Source of the DNA: Octopus bimaculoides
Taxonomy: Eukaryota
Direction: 5' to 3'
DNA: 41,128 nucleotides
NCBI RefSeq assembly: GCF_001194135.2
Contig: NC_068984.1
Span: forward strand, 34,042,915-34,084,042
Part shown: piece by piece, positions 22,901-36,331 of the stretch
Numbering within the stretch: the first letter of the stretch is position 1
Layout: each line of letters begins with the position of its first letter
Notes under the pieces: model-generated
What the model was told of the DNA's origin: nothing
The model's input: the letters and a program-made list of their open reading frames with translations, nothing else
The model's database searches: none
Made by a program: the position numbers and the translations under genes

Positions 22901-24199
22901 AAAAAGAGCATCACAAAATAGAGGTTTTGAAACAAAAATTGGTCAGCATGTAATTAGTAATCAACAAATAGTTCCTTATTGCCTTCTTTTGAATGCTCAC
23001 ATACATGTAGACTACAGTAATTCCATAAAGTCAATCAAGTACATTGTAAATATATTAATACAGTTTATGATGTTGCTGCACACATTATCTAACAACAGAC
23101 ATTTCAAGGTGAAATCATACAATTGTAGATGGGGCAGTAAATTTGTAGCAATGAGGCTGAGAATTGGTTTGCTGAAAGCTGGATTATTTGATCTGACTAT
23201 GTGCTGTTCCCAAGTAAAACCAATTACAATATCTAGGTTTAACTAACATGTTTATTACAAATTATTGTTACAATTTTTAGTTTACAAAAAGCTGTTATGC
23301 AGAATAACAGCAGTGAGTGATAATATATGTTTAGAGAGAGGAAAAAATATTATTTGTGCTTAATAAGAGGTGAGAATCTTAAATGTTCATGCTTGGCCAG
23401 AGAAGATATTTTTACATGAGGTCAGAGAGACATGGTTGCCAGCTAACCAAGATGTTTGTCCTTTCAAATTCTTTCACATCCTCTGTGTTATTTTTTCTCA
23501 TGCATTTTAATTTATAACCATAATTTGGTGCAAAACAGCGTGCAAATTTCAATTAATCTTAATACCACACAAATGTGACAGCATCATTTGGTTGAAATAT
23601 GGCTCAGAGTCACCTGATAAGAACCGTTGTCCCCAAATATGGAAACTGAATAACTGTGGCTTTTTTTTTTTGCCTTACTTAATTTACAGGGTTTCAAATG
23701 TTGAGTATTGCTACAAAACTTTTTAGAGAATACATAAATTCTTTATTTATGAACGATATCCTCCAACATAACTGGCTATTCATGTAACGAGTAGACAGAG
23801 AATGTATTTTATAACGGAAACTGCTGCTCAGACTTCCCTAGCTCCAAGGGAAACTATATTAACAGTATTTTTCAGACTTTGCTAGAAAGATACTTTCACT
23901 AAAACAATGTTATACTATATTATTATACATCAAACAATTAACTCCGGAGTTGTAGAAAACAAAGTGCTGAGGTTGATTTGACAATGTTCTGAGAAGAGAT
24001 TTATACTATACACCCAACTCAACAAGAATGGTTTTAAGGCTGCTTTTTCATGGAATTTGTGGTTCTCTAACCCTTCTTCACATTTGAACCATTCATGGTC
24101 ATGTCTGTGTTTCTTACAGAGCAGCATCTTTTAGATTAGAATTACTGCAAGATGACATTCATTGAATGGCAGCTATGCTAGATGCTACAATGTCTTACA

Positions 24200-25690
24200 T
24201 ATGATGAAACTTGGGGAAACCCATTTTTCAACAGAACAGAAAACTGTTTTAATACAAATGAAGCAACTATGATAATGCAGATATAAATGTGCATGAAGTT
24301 GTAAATGCTGCAAGAATTGGTAAATGTTTCAGTTTCTCTTTGGGAAGCGCTACTAGTTTAGTAGTAAGAAGTGGTGGCCAATAATGCCTTGCTTTAGATT
24401 ATCCACTAATGAAAAATTGTTACTGTACTGCTTTCTGATGCTCATCCACTTGCTAAAACTGAAGACATCATGTGTTCTATATTCTACAATGAATTCTACA
24501 AACTGGATTGGAAAGCAACTGAACATCAGATTCCATTCCCCAATGTTAAGAGATGCAGCTTATTCCAGTTTACAAGTTTTAGCTTTAGTGTAACTAAGGT
24601 TATGTGCATTTTGAAAAGAGTGGTGGAGGGTATAATTGCTGATGATTTCGTGAAAGGATTTCGTGCCTATTTTGGGGATATTATTGTGATTAGCAAGACT
24701 AATTGAGAACGAAGATGAGGCATTAAACAATGACAAATGTCATCTCCGCTTCGCATTCATTTGTTATCTGGGATGCAAATTGCCATATAAATACTTGCTG
24801 CCTGACCGTGAAAGACTGAAGCTTGCAGTACCCGGTAGTACTAAACAACTACATATATGTGTTTTCTTTTCTTCTTTTTTTTCTCAGTTACTAATCCAAA
24901 TGAATGCCTCTTTTCTTAGAAGTAATTAATAATTAATCCCTTATTAAACCCTACACTGCAAAAAAAAAAAAAACAAGGGAAGAAAAGAAAATGATATTTA
25001 TGCTTAGAACTTCAGTGCTCATTCTCATCGATCTAATGTGAAGTTACATGACGTTTTTGAAATTTATGCATCCAGGAATTACATCTTTAAGTACCCTTTT
25101 TTGTCTTGGGAAAAAACTCTCATCTATTGAGGAGGAGGCTTTTGCTATCATAAAAAGCATGGGAAATAATGAATTACTTCAGGGTTGTTTTACCAGCACA
25201 CACTTGGCAAGCCATATCATTTGTATTTTGACAAAAAATGCTAATAGAAAGCAAGGTATAAGATTCTTTATTGAACATAGAGTGATCATTACCTATCCTA
25301 TAAAGATGACAGTAACTGGTGCCATCATCAGATACTTCTCTGTAGCATCTTCTAGAATTACAGATTCACATAAGCTTTTGTGCTACTCTGGAGTGACTCA
25401 GCTATAGCAATTTGAACTTGCTGTCTTCTTAGGAAGGTGTTGAAAAATTTTTCATGAATACATAGCATGCCCAGAATTGAAATTGTGATTCTATTGTCTC
25501 CATCATACTAAACTTAAGTTCACACTACCATTCGAACATTTCAGTGTTAACTTCAAAAGTCCCCTATCAACATAAAAATATTACCACTGCTTGTTTTTAC
25601 TTATAGATGAAAACACAAGTTTCTTCTTGCATTTTCATGGTTAAAATATGCCAGCTTCTACAATAATTTGCAGACTAAAAAGTATTTGAT
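24200..25690 (+). mobile_element. Ty3/Gypsy LTR retrotransposon pol fossil (RT, RNase H, integrase); no LTRs seen
   Basis: LSDAHPLAKTEDI..KLDWKATEHQIP..SLFQFT..RAYFGDIIVISKT (YxDD region); LSSIEEEAFAIIK (RNase H); LCYSGVTQL; PFEHFSVNFKSPLS..LLIDENTSF (integrase core). Confidence 0.8.
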
Positions 25691-27399
25691 TTAAACCGAT
25701 TCAAACCAAATATCCTCAATATTTTTATCATTTTGGAATTGGGTGTGCAAAAGATTTCTGCAAAACTTTGTAGCACACCTTAGTAACTAAAAAAGAAGAT
25801 AGTATGTGTTGGGTAATGTAGTTCTTGATATAGAAAGGGACAATCATCATAGCTGGAATTCTTTCAATCATAGGTCTGCTCAGTCAGATGTTAAATACTT
25901 GGTTTTAAACAACATCCTTTTGTCCTGTGCTCATATAAATCTGGTACTTATTTTACTGATCTTTGAAAGTTGACTGAGATAATGTGGGCTTAATTTTGTA
26001 ACTGATTCCAGCAAACTACTACATTACAGTCTCACACTGAAGATATCAAATGAACTTTTGGCAGCCTCTTTGGTCATCACACTTTAGTCTGCCTTCCTAA
26101 AATTCTCAGTTTATCCAATTTTTGAGAATTAAACATGCCTGTATGTAATTTTTCAGCCATTAATGATTCAACCTAATTTCTTTGAAGCCATTTACAACGA
26201 TATTGCAAAAGTAATACATCTCATATGCAAGTAACTATATTTCTATGGCATGATTGGTTTACAAAAGATAACAGTTAAATCTTTCTCAGTTCACAGTTAC
26301 TGTCTTGACCTGGGGCTAAGCAATAATAACAGAGTTCAGTGCTCTCTTTATTATAAAAGTGGATGGTGGAAATATAGTTGAATTCCCAAGTTTAGCAAAT
26401 GAAAATTAAGATTACTTGAGTGTAAAACTCATGAGTAATATTATTAGTATTCATAATGAAATGTAATAAATAGTAATAAATTGTAAATAGGTAATTCTGT
26501 TAAAATAAAATAAATTACAAACAGCTGCATTAAATATATTTATTAAATTATTTCATGAGTTTTCTGAGTGTATGTTTTGAAGTGTAAGTCTTAACACACA
26601 CACTGATGAATATAATATGCCCCTGAAGGATAATATATGATTGATGTCAGAGAAATACAGGATAGTATTGAAATGTAAACAGGAATAGTAGACCAAAAAA
26701 ACACACAGAATGAATTATGTATGGCATACCTTGCAGTTAAGATGATGTATAATAGACATGACTATAAATGTACTATTAAACATTCATATCTAAATCATGA
26801 TGGTTATAGATTTGTTGGTGGGGAGGGAGCAAAACATATGTTGAACACGATGATCATAATCACAGTAGAGAGATTATTGTAATAAAAGATTTTCATTTGC
26901 AACCATTTTTATTGCGTTTTAGCTATCACTCGAAGCCACTCGATTCCAGATTTCAATTATGTAATTCATAGGAACTATTGAAGCTATGAAATTTAATTTC
27001 AATTTGTATTCCATACCCAATAGGCCTTGCTTTAACCATCTAAACACAGGCACTCAATTCATAGAAATGTTCTTGAGTTTGGTGCTACCTAACTACTTAA
27101 CAACAGACACATTTGAATGATGCATATATATCTAGATATTTCTGTATATTTGCCCTCATACACATGGAAATATATACCACCATCATAATGTGTATTTACT
27201 GACATTTTGAATTTTGAAAACTTCCATGTTCCATTAATATATGTCTCTTTAGCATTAATGAAAAAAAAAGTGTTCCATGATTGAATTTGCCATAAGACAT
27301 TAATGCATACATGTACACACACATACACACACATCTATTCTACAAATATAATAAGGAATGAAAATGTGTGCATACTCATGTATGCATGTATATATGATA

Positions 27400-27446
27400 C
27401 ATTAATGTATGCATATATGTGTTTGTGTGTATGTATGTATGTATTT

Positions 27447-27502
<56 letters not shown>

Positions 27503-27519
27503 AATATATATACACTTAC

Positions 27520-27577
<58 letters not shown>

Positions 27578-27670
27578 ACACACACATACATATTGGTGTA
27601 TAGCTGTATGTATGTGTTAATGTATTTGTATGTACCAATTTTATATATGTGTATGTGTGTATGTATAAAA
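27400..27670. repeat. Compound (CA)n/(TA)n/(TATG)n microsatellite
   Basis: Direct inspection. Confidence 0.95.
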
Positions 27671-27989
27671 TAATTGATAATACCTGAAGGTGTAATGGGA
27701 CTGTTTGAGAAGCCATACCACTCACTATTTCTGTAGAAGTGTATGCGTATATATACATAGAGAGACGGTGCATATATAAAATTCCCTCTCTTATATATGA
27801 TCAGTTTTATGCATACTCTTATGTACACAGACACACATAATGCATGCATGCATGCATGTATGCATGTATGTATGTATGTATGTATGTCTACCTCAAAAAC
27901 ATATATTTGTGTAAGCTTTCTTACTATATATATATAGGTTAGGAAAATTCCTATAATGAGCTATATTCTATAAAAGTGATTAGGAGAGA

Positions 27990-28023
<34 letters not shown>

Positions 28024-28711
28024 ATGTGTATGAATGACATTTTTCATTTCTACTATAAATAACATTTATTTGGTTACCACTTTTCCCAAAGAAATAACAT
28101 GTAATGGCTATGGAGAAAAAAATATTAAAATGATAAAAGGCAGAAGAAAATATTCATAAGCTCTTCCTCTGTTCTCTCTCTCTCTCTCTAATTTCTCTCT
28201 TTTCCCTTTTTATTTACTCATTCTTTTTATTTTATGTATTCTTGTTTTAGTATATTTTTTTTTCCATGTTAATACTTTGATATAAATTTCTGAATCATGT
28301 TATGCTTGTACAAGGAAAGTAAAGGAAAAGTAAAATATTTTGCTGGAACTAGTAATGTTTCAATGCTTAGCCTTACTATAAAACTCATTTATAGACCATC
28401 GTTAAAAAAAAAAAAAAGAAGTACTACATTATATGCCCTCCTTTTGTCTCAGTTATCAATGTGGTTCTTGCCTTAGGGTGTTTTAAACACGCACTCATAT
28501 GTATGTTGTTGTTGCTGATAATAATGATGACAATGATGATGATGATATTTTCAATGTTCCTTTTTGAGTTCCCTCGTATTCCTCCTCTCTGCAAATATCT
28601 GTCTTCAGATAAAAACCATCATGCTGTGCACAGCAGTGAAATGATATATCTTAGGTTTGGTTATGTTTCTCCATTTAGTCTCTCTGTCTCTATCTCTCTC
28701 TCTTTGTGTTT

Positions 28712-28726
28712 ACACACACACACACA

Positions 28727-28799
<73 letters not shown>

Positions 28800-28800
28800 T
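28712..28800. repeat. (CA)n microsatellite
   Basis: Direct inspection. Confidence 0.95.
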
Positions 28801-29016
28801 TTTTATATACATGATTTCATTTTTCCATGCTTTTCTTTTATCTTTATCCTTATATTTTTCTATCAATATAATTGCAATTTCTACATGTTGCATTTTCATT
28901 TCTTTTTTTTTTTCTTGCCTATCCTAACTCCATTACTTATGCTGTCCTTATTATCATTATTATTTTACCATTTCCTACTCTGTCTATTACTAATACCACT
29001 GCCCTTCAGTATATAT

Positions 29017-29135
29017 ATCATCATCATCATTTAACATCTACTTTTCCATGCTTGCATGGATCAGACAGAATTTTGTTGAGCAAAATGTTTAGAACTGGAT
29101 GCTTTTCCTGTTGCCAATCCTTACCTGTTTCCAAA
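29017..29135 (-). mobile_element. Truncated RTE/SINE tail
   Basis: (CAT)n-TTAACATC..TTTTCCATGCTTGCATGG..CTGGATGC.TTTCCTGTTGCCAA, the reverse complement of the common tail. Confidence 0.65.
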
Positions 29136-29414
29136 CAACAAACTTGTTTCATGTATGTGTGTGTAAAGCCACTAAATTACATTCAGTCAAATGAAGAATC
29201 ATAGAGAAATCCATGCCATATGTGAACCTTTAGCACATTGCATTTTCTCTAGAATAGTCTCCCCTTCCACTGCCCCTGTTACTACAGGGGAGAAAACTCA
29301 TATGGTGACATGGTGCACCTAGAGTGTGTTAAAGGTCATTGCTTAGATGCATAGTGGGAGGAAGGTGACATGTGTAGACAGCTGTTGCTACAGTAACCAC
29401 TCTGCTTGATGAAG

Positions 29415-31110
29415 TTCTTTTTTGTTGTTTATGGTTGGTCTGTTTGTTTATAAGGAGGGTCTCAATGATTTTGAAATTGCCTCTGTTGTACTGAGTGGCC
29501 CTGATGAATACCTTGAAATCCTGGATCTGGCACTTCTTTTTGTATTTTCTAATTGAAGTGTTTGGATGCATATGTTCTTTGATTCAAATCTACAATTTAA
29601 TGATGTTACTTCCAATGTAGAATGACCCACAAATACTGCAGACAACCTCATATACTGCAAGGGCTCTTGATTACATTTTGAAGTTATTAATTGGGTAATT
29701 GGGTAGTGTGCATTCCATTATTCTGAGACAGAAATTTCCTCAGAATTGGACTAGTGTGCACCATCTGTATGTTGAGTTTCTCCCTACAGATCACATGCTG
29801 AATAGCAGCAGTGGTTCTGACATCAAAATTGGGCATTTTAAGGAAGCGCATGTCAGGCTTGGAATTATAGGCCCTCTTAAGTGGTTCACTCACATCAGCT
29901 TTTTATAGGTGCAGTCATTTGGCTAAAGCTGGTGGATTACCATCATGTACTAAGTTATTGAGAAATCACTTAGGCGTTGGAAACTTTGCCAGCTGTGTCA
30001 CTGCAGCTGTTGCTTTTCTGTCATCATTTCACTAATAAGCAGCTTTGGCTCTGATGGGCAGAGTTGACTTATAGTGTATAAACATTTCTTGCTGGCAGTT
30101 TTCCTGTTAAAGTTTTTATAGATGGAACCTACCTTTGTGACCTTGATTTGAAATCTAAGTAAAGAGAGGATTTGGGACTTATCCAGGTGTTCTATTTCAC
30201 ATTTTATTTGCTTGTTGATAATGCTGAATCTCTGGTGCATGACAATTACCTCCTTCCTGATGCACCAGGATATCATCAACATATATGGAGAGAAAGACGC
30301 ACGAGTGGCAGCTGTTAAGCACTGAGTGTATGTTATCACCAGCAGACCTGACAGAACCGAGATCTAATTGTATATTGTGCCATTGTACTGGAATGTGTTA
30401 AATGTTTAACAGTTCTCAGATGTCTGAGGGTGTCAGCCCAAAACAGTGGATGTTGGTGATAGACTGAGGAGGAGGGGGAAGAGGAGTGAATATGGGATGG
30501 GGAGCAGAAGACAAAAGAAGAGACATGTTGTGATCAGTTATGATGATAACAGCCAGAAGAGTGGATACAGGTGTATAGAGGAAAGTGTATCGGTTATTTC
30601 TTAGTATGATGAGTTTGAGATACTTGAGTCTTTTAAAGATTTCCTTGTAGCTCTTGACAAGTCGAGAGAATGTGTTCTTTAAGTCTTTGAGGAGTTTAGA
30701 AAGAAGCGAAAAAGTTTTATAAAGGCTGCCGATTTTAAATTTGGGGCCAGGTTTCTGGTTTTTTACTGAATGATAAAAAGAAAGGATGGATACATTTTTA
30801 GATATGAAATTAAGTCTAGTTTTCTTAGAGATCTTTCTGTTGTGACAAATACTAATCTAGCAAGCATTAATAGTGACCACAAGCTGACTAGGTGTGGTGT
30901 ATACTTTTTCCTATAGTGTGGTGTCACTAAAATGTTTCATTGCTAATTTGCTATAAGTGAACCCATCAATGACATAGAATTCTTTCCCTTTGTCTACAGG
31001 TAGGTAGACAAGGTTTTTAGATTCTAGGATTTCTTAAGGTGAGGAATCGGGATTTTGTAAGGCTGTTAAATTGGGTAGGGTGTTTATCTAAGATGTTGAA
31101 AATGAAATGG
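29415..31110 (-). mobile_element. Penelope-like element fossil (RT plus GIY-YIG endonuclease)
   Basis: KNLVYLPVDKGKEFYVID..KHFSDTTL*EKV; SFYHSVKNQKPGPKFKI; FGLTPSDI*ELL; NTFQYNGTIY; DDILV region and HQRFSIINKQIK..FNRK; C-terminal NCRFESK.I..KIIETLLINK. Confidence 0.75.
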
Positions 31111-31884
31111 AACGTTTAATGTTAAGTTCAGAATAGCATGGTGGAGGGTGGAGTGGGTTACCAAGATGCCTGTGTGTTTGTGTGTAAGTGTGTGTGTTTG
31201 TGTGTGGATATATGGATATATATGTGTTACCTTTCTTCCTCTATCTTCTCTATTTTCTTTTTAACCTCATCATCAATCCAATCCAGCTGTTTTTCTTGGT
31301 TCAGTGATTTCTTCATTCACCTTCATTTTGTTTTCCTTCCCCAGTCCAAATTTATTCTTTCGTTAATGTTGTTTTTAAAATTATTTCTTCATCATGTTAT
31401 ATCACATTTTTGCTATGCCAGTTTTAAATCTTTCTTTTCTTTCCCTATCATATCTTCATTTCTACCTTTCAAACACCTTTCTTGATCAGTGCTTGAAATG
31501 TTTCCTTTCTCTCTGTCCATCATATTTCACAAACAGCATTTCCTCTTTTGCTTACAGCTTTGTTCATGATCAATTTACCATTTTTTGAAACAAAGTCTTG
31601 AAATGATTGGATGAGTTAACCTAATTACTACCATTGGTACTTATAAATTCACATGACAACTTGGTTTATATTAATCTGTTATATTGTCAGGCTATTTAAA
31701 CCTAAGGCATCTTTTATACAGCTGTAGTAAAGTTACTGTCTAGAAGTTTTGATGATTCACCAAACTAGCAGCCTAGCTTGGCATCACCTTTTGAGCAGAA
31801 ACATCTCTTTGATTTGTTACAATCCTGTATCATTTTTAAGCTGCTAAAATTTCTCTGCTCATCTGTTTTAAAGTAGTCATTTAG

Positions 31885-32111
31885 CCTCCTGCATAGGAGG
31901 CTAAACATAGAGGGGACAAACAAGGACAGACAAAAGAATTAAGTCAATTACATCGACCCCCAGTGCATAACTGGTACTTATTTAATCGACTCCAAAAGAA
32001 TGATAGACAAAGTCTACCTCGGCAGAATTTGAAGTTAGAACATAACGGCAGACGAAATACTGCTTAGTATTTTGCCCGGTGTGCTAACGATTCTGCCAGC
32101 TCACCACCTTT
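31885..32111 (-). mobile_element. tRNA-derived SINE (family A), near full length
   Basis: Reverse complement begins AAGGTGGTGAGCTGGCAGAATCGTTAGCACACCGGGCAAAATACT..CTTCAAATTCTGCCGAGG; body as at 1-160. Confidence 0.85.
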
Positions 32112-32329
32112 ATTTTAGTATCGATCATCAAAATATAGAAGTTTTGTTTGCATGTTAACTATAAATGTTTGACTACATTTTTCAGCAGGTAAAATGAAGA
32201 GGGCAGCTAGAGGACATAAAAAAAAAAGAAGAATTGAAGAAGGCCATCCTTGTTGGGCTGGGAAAAGAGAGCACACATGGCTGACCTTGGGTGCTAAATA
32301 TCCTGATTATTATTAGGTTGACTCACTCA

Positions 32330-33330
32330 ACATCTTAATTACTCTAGAACCTAATGTTGCCATCTCTTCAGAGCTCAAGTATCAGAATGCTAACAGTTAT
32401 AAGTTTACTAAATATCAGTTAATGTCCAGTTAACTATGACATATAAAGCTTTGAAGGAAGGAAGAGCATAATCTCATTATTTTATGGGCTCTTTTGGACA
32501 AAAGAATATGATGGTTGTGTGTAGGTAGCAGAATATATATGAGAATACATATTCAGATTTGAACTATGAAGGACAATTAACAATTGTTCTTAATAAATAA
32601 CGTTTTGCTATTTTATATGACACGGATAGATTTGATGTTCAGATAGTTGCAGTGAAAGGATAAATGCTTTGGAAAAGGGTTAACTATGATATCTAAGAGG
32701 TGAAATAGCATTATTGTAAAAAAAGAGACACTCTAGGTAATAAATGCGTTTAAGGGGATGGGATAGAGAGTACGTAAGCTCAGAGGAGCAATGGTGGTTC
32801 TACTAATAGAAAAGTCAGAAAGAGGACATAAATCAGATAACTAGTTAAAGGTTGGCAACAATTTGTGATGGATGTTTTTATCTATTTGGCAGATAACTTA
32901 TGTTTGTGAGAGTTACTCAAGAACTTATCACAACATCAGTTACTAACAGTCCTTGGTGACAAAAGGGTGATATATATTATCCAATCAGCTGTTAAAACAG
33001 TTGTAGCACAGATATAGTAAATAGAGTCTATTTCTACACTTCAACAGTGACCAAAACAATAGAGAGAATATCCACAGGTTGTGGCCTCTTTGATCAAAAT
33101 CAATATCTCCTGATTTTTATTTTGAACTAACACAGAAATAAAATTTATCACCGCAAATTATATTACTTCAGACTTGGTGTCAACATCCATCTATATACGC
33201 ACAAAGTTAATCAACTAACTGTTTTGATGTTTGCAAAATTTTTGCAAATAACACTTTTGTAATTTCATTGAAGCAATTAACATAACACAATTCTGTTCCA
33301 TAAATATCTTTATGGTAGTATTGCAAATAT
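32330..33330 (-). mobile_element. Second, heavily decayed Penelope-like fragment (RT C-terminus, GIY-YIG region)
   Basis: Frameshifted remnants NFVRI*MD (RYIDD-like), RNRL..LDNIYHP (YL.Y.S.HP-like), EPPLL, ILILEL; the read is tentative. Confidence 0.45.
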
Positions 33331-33649
33331 TCATTACAAGTAATTGTAACATTCTGTGCCATTGTGATTTTGACGATGATTTGTTTTAATAAACTTTTTA
33401 GTAGAGAGAGACACGTTAGTTTACTGGTTCTTTTTCATGTCACTGTTGTTGTTTCATTTGATACCATCACTGAGACTAGATCTCTAATTGACTGCATTCT
33501 AGCTATGACCTCCCTGCCTCTTTTTATTTATTTATTCATTTTTCAGACACTATCTATTGAAGACTAAGCTACTATTTCTAGCAGATTGAGCAGTTATGTA
33601 GAACAATGGTTATCAATCTTTTCTATGCCCTGCATCTTTTGGAAATACT

Positions 33650-34053
33650 TATCTTTTATGTGTTTCAGTCATTGGACTGTGGCCATGCTGGGGCATTGCT
33701 TTGAAGGGCTTACTCAAACAATTCGACCTCAGTATTTATATTTTATGCTTGGTACTTATTTCATTGGTCTCTTTTGCTATACCACCAGATTACAAGGATG
33801 TAAACAAAACAACACCAGTTTCCAAGATGTGATGCAAGACAAATACAATTCAAACACAAAGACACACGCAAACATAGATATGCACATATATAAATATGAT
33901 AGGCTTCTTTCAGTTTCCATCTACCAAAGCTATTCACAAGGTTTTGGTTGGCAAGGCACTATAGCAGAAGACACTTATCTAAGGAACCATGCAGTAAGAA
34001 TGAGCCAAACTATATGGCTGGGAAGTAAGCTACTTACTATACAGCCATACCTG
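33650..34053 (-). mobile_element. tRNA-derived SINE (family B), decayed
   Basis: CAGTCATTGGACTGTGGCCATGCTGGGGCA..GGCACTATAGCAGAAGACACTTATCTAAGG..CAGCCATACCTG, homologous to 16938-17340. Confidence 0.75.
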
Positions 34054-34219
34054 TGTCTAATAGTTTTCTATTCTTTGCTTATTCACCCATATTCACCCAT
34101 ATATGGAATGGTGAGTGAATTAATTTAACTTAGAAAATAAGATTTTGACTCAGTGCATAAAAACTGAGTAATTGGAATTAAACGGTAACAGTTCACAGCA
34201 TTCACAATTATAAAGATAA

Positions 34220-34480
34220 AATTCAATGGCTCTTTTCTTCTTGATTTAATTCAGAATTTTATCAAAATGTGGAGCTTGCTTGCTGATTGTGATCTTCAGG
34301 TCGGTCTGCAGATTCAAACAGCTCCTAGATTTTGTCTTGATTGGCAAAAGAGAACTGGAATTAGATCCACACATGCCATTGCAAACAAAATAAGGATAGT
34401 GTTCTTGGTCATAATCACTTAAGGATTAAATCTTCATATGTTGAATATGGTTTTTTGGTGTGCTTAGTCAGATAAAGTTA
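34220..34480 (-). pseudogene. hAT (Buster/SCAND3-ZBED8-like) transposase C-terminal fragment
   Basis: MCGSNSSSLLPIKTKSRSCLNLQTDLKITISKQAPHFDKILN resembles LCESGFS.L..IKTK.RNRL.V..DLR.AIS...P.F. Confidence 0.65.
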
Positions 34481-35144
34481 GTTTTAAGAGTTGATATTTG
34501 AATTTTACAAAACCATAAACTATTTACTTTCCCTCTTTGTTGCACCTTTATGAGGGTGGCATCTCAAACTGGAAGTACCTGATGCAGAACCTTACTTATT
34601 TGACTTGTGTTTATGTCGTTGTTTCAACTGGAATTAAAGAAAATATCATACATAATATTCAATTGAAATGTCACTGTCTCCAAATAATAAATTTATTAGC
34701 CAGTGCAGTACTGTCCTGCAACAAAATAAAACTAATAATTATTTGGAATAGTCAGTAGGAAAATGAAAAAGCTCCATTGTAGTATTTAGTTTAGTTACAT
34801 TTCGACAGGGTCTAGGTTCAAGATAAGTACCAATTAGATTGTGGTCTCGATTCGATTGATTATAATCCTACACCAAAATGCTCTAGACTTAAAAATCATT
34901 ATTCTTATTGTAATAGTTGATAGTAAGTATATGTCTTTATTGATATAAATTAGTTCCATTTGTAATGTAGAGAGCAGAACTATAATTGGAATCCATAGAA
35001 TTGCTTAGGTTAGTTAGTAATTTATTTCATTACTCATGAATAGAGAAATAAGTTTAGCTTTCATTGATCTGAATTTTCTTTCCATTGTTCTTAATCTCTA
35101 TACACTAATATATTATCTTCCATGTCTTTACCTATACTTAGAAA

Positions 35145-35156
35145 CACACACACATG

Positions 35157-35193
<37 letters not shown>

Positions 35194-35207
35194 GTATGTA
35201 TGTATGC

Positions 35208-35274
<67 letters not shown>

Positions 35275-35320
35275 CACACATGCACAAACACGCACATACA
35301 CAAAGATACACATATGTCTA
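35145..35320. repeat. Compound (TA)n/(TATG)n/(CA)n microsatellite
   Basis: Direct inspection. Confidence 0.95.
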
Positions 35321-35554
35321 TATGCATATAGTTATCTCATTTTCATGCGGTTGTATTTGTGTATGTGCTTGTTGCATTAGTCTGCAACTGTGTACATATA
35401 TTGACAGTAGATATTGTAAATGATATACATTTCCTATTTGTAATATATTTGTCATTAATTCTTATTAGACTTATTGTTCGACTGTCTGTTAGGTTAAGGT
35501 GCTGCTTATCTGATTGCTAGCTCATCATATCACGTGTCTACTATGCTGTGTTCA

Positions 35555-35750
35555 AGTTGATGTTGTTTCACCCAAGGTCAATGCTGACTGAGCAGATCTG
35601 TGGTGTAAAGATGTTTTAGCCCCTACCATTCTGTTTATCATAGGTTACCTTGAACCCCTAACTATGTTGTTGTCATTTAGCTCCAGGTCAATTCTGATTG
35701 AGCAGACTTATGATGAAAGGAATTCTAACCATTGTTTTCCCATCATTTTA
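35555..35750 (+). repeat. Unclassified repeat with two ~110-nt units; inverted partial copy at 25845-25893
   Basis: CAAGGTCAATGCTGACTGAGCAGATCTGTGG vs CCAGGTCAATTCTGATTGAGCAGACTTATGA, 110 nt apart; ATCATAGGTCTGCTCAGTCAG at about 25867. Confidence 0.6.
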
Positions 35751-36067
35751 AGGGGTATGCATTTTTACATCATCTAATTTGGCCTTTCTCTTCCCAGTAG
35801 AGTAGGAAGTGAATTTAAGATGATTTGGGTGCTATTTCCTGCAACACAAGTATCATTCCATAAAAGTTCAAAATGAATGCCACTACTCCAACTCCTTTGA
35901 AACATAATCAAATTGTAAACCTCGCCCAAAAGAACTCATAGCAACTTTAAACATATAAAATAGAATATTGTTTTCATTCTTTTAGAAATTTTGCATCAAA
36001 ATTCAACTTGAATCATTCATCATTCAAATAGTACATGTAGCAAGTATTAGCTATACATATCATGCAC

Positions 36068-36120
<53 letters not shown>

Positions 36121-36155
36121 GATTTATAAATATATATGCATACATGCATACATAC

Positions 36156-36193
<38 letters not shown>

Positions 36194-36331
36194 NNNNNNN
36201 NNNNNNNNNNNNNNNNNNNNNNNNNNNNNNNNNNNNNNNNNNNNNNNNNNNNNNNNNNNNNNNNNNNNNNNNNNNNNNNNNNNNNNNNNNNNNNNNNNNN
36301 NNNNNNNNNNNNNNNNNNNNNNNNNNNNNNN
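36194..36331. other. Assembly gap
   Basis: Run of N after (TA)n. Confidence 0.99.

Noticed and set aside
24865-24930. Very strong plus-strand acceptor (TTTTCTTTTCTTCTTTTTTTCTCAG)
   Set aside because: Lies inside the Gypsy pol fossil between RT and RNase H; likely T-run decay
26289-26385. Peptide CSLYYKSGWWKYS resembling the fibrinogen-domain GGWW motif
   Set aside because: A stop follows immediately, the other conserved residues are missing and there is no donor site
26597-26690. CACACA-CTGATGA...GAAATGTA hammerhead-like string resembling the 3963 motif
   Set aside because: Stem I 3' strand absent and stem II unconvincing; at best a decayed relative
27303-29034. ORFs rich in THTH, VCVC or IYIY (also near 17106, 19385, 35091-36450 and 38889-39251)
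   Set aside because: Translations of (CA)n/(TG)n/(TA)n microsatellites
30421-30450. CTGA-GGG-TGTCAG-CCC-AAAAC hammerhead-like string on the plus strand
   Set aside because: The core is incomplete and the same bases encode FGLTPSDI of the Penelope RT on the minus strand
32161-32190. Minus-strand CTGCTGA..CAAACAT downstream of the second Penelope-like remnant
   Set aside because: Right place and strand, but two core mismatches and no stems
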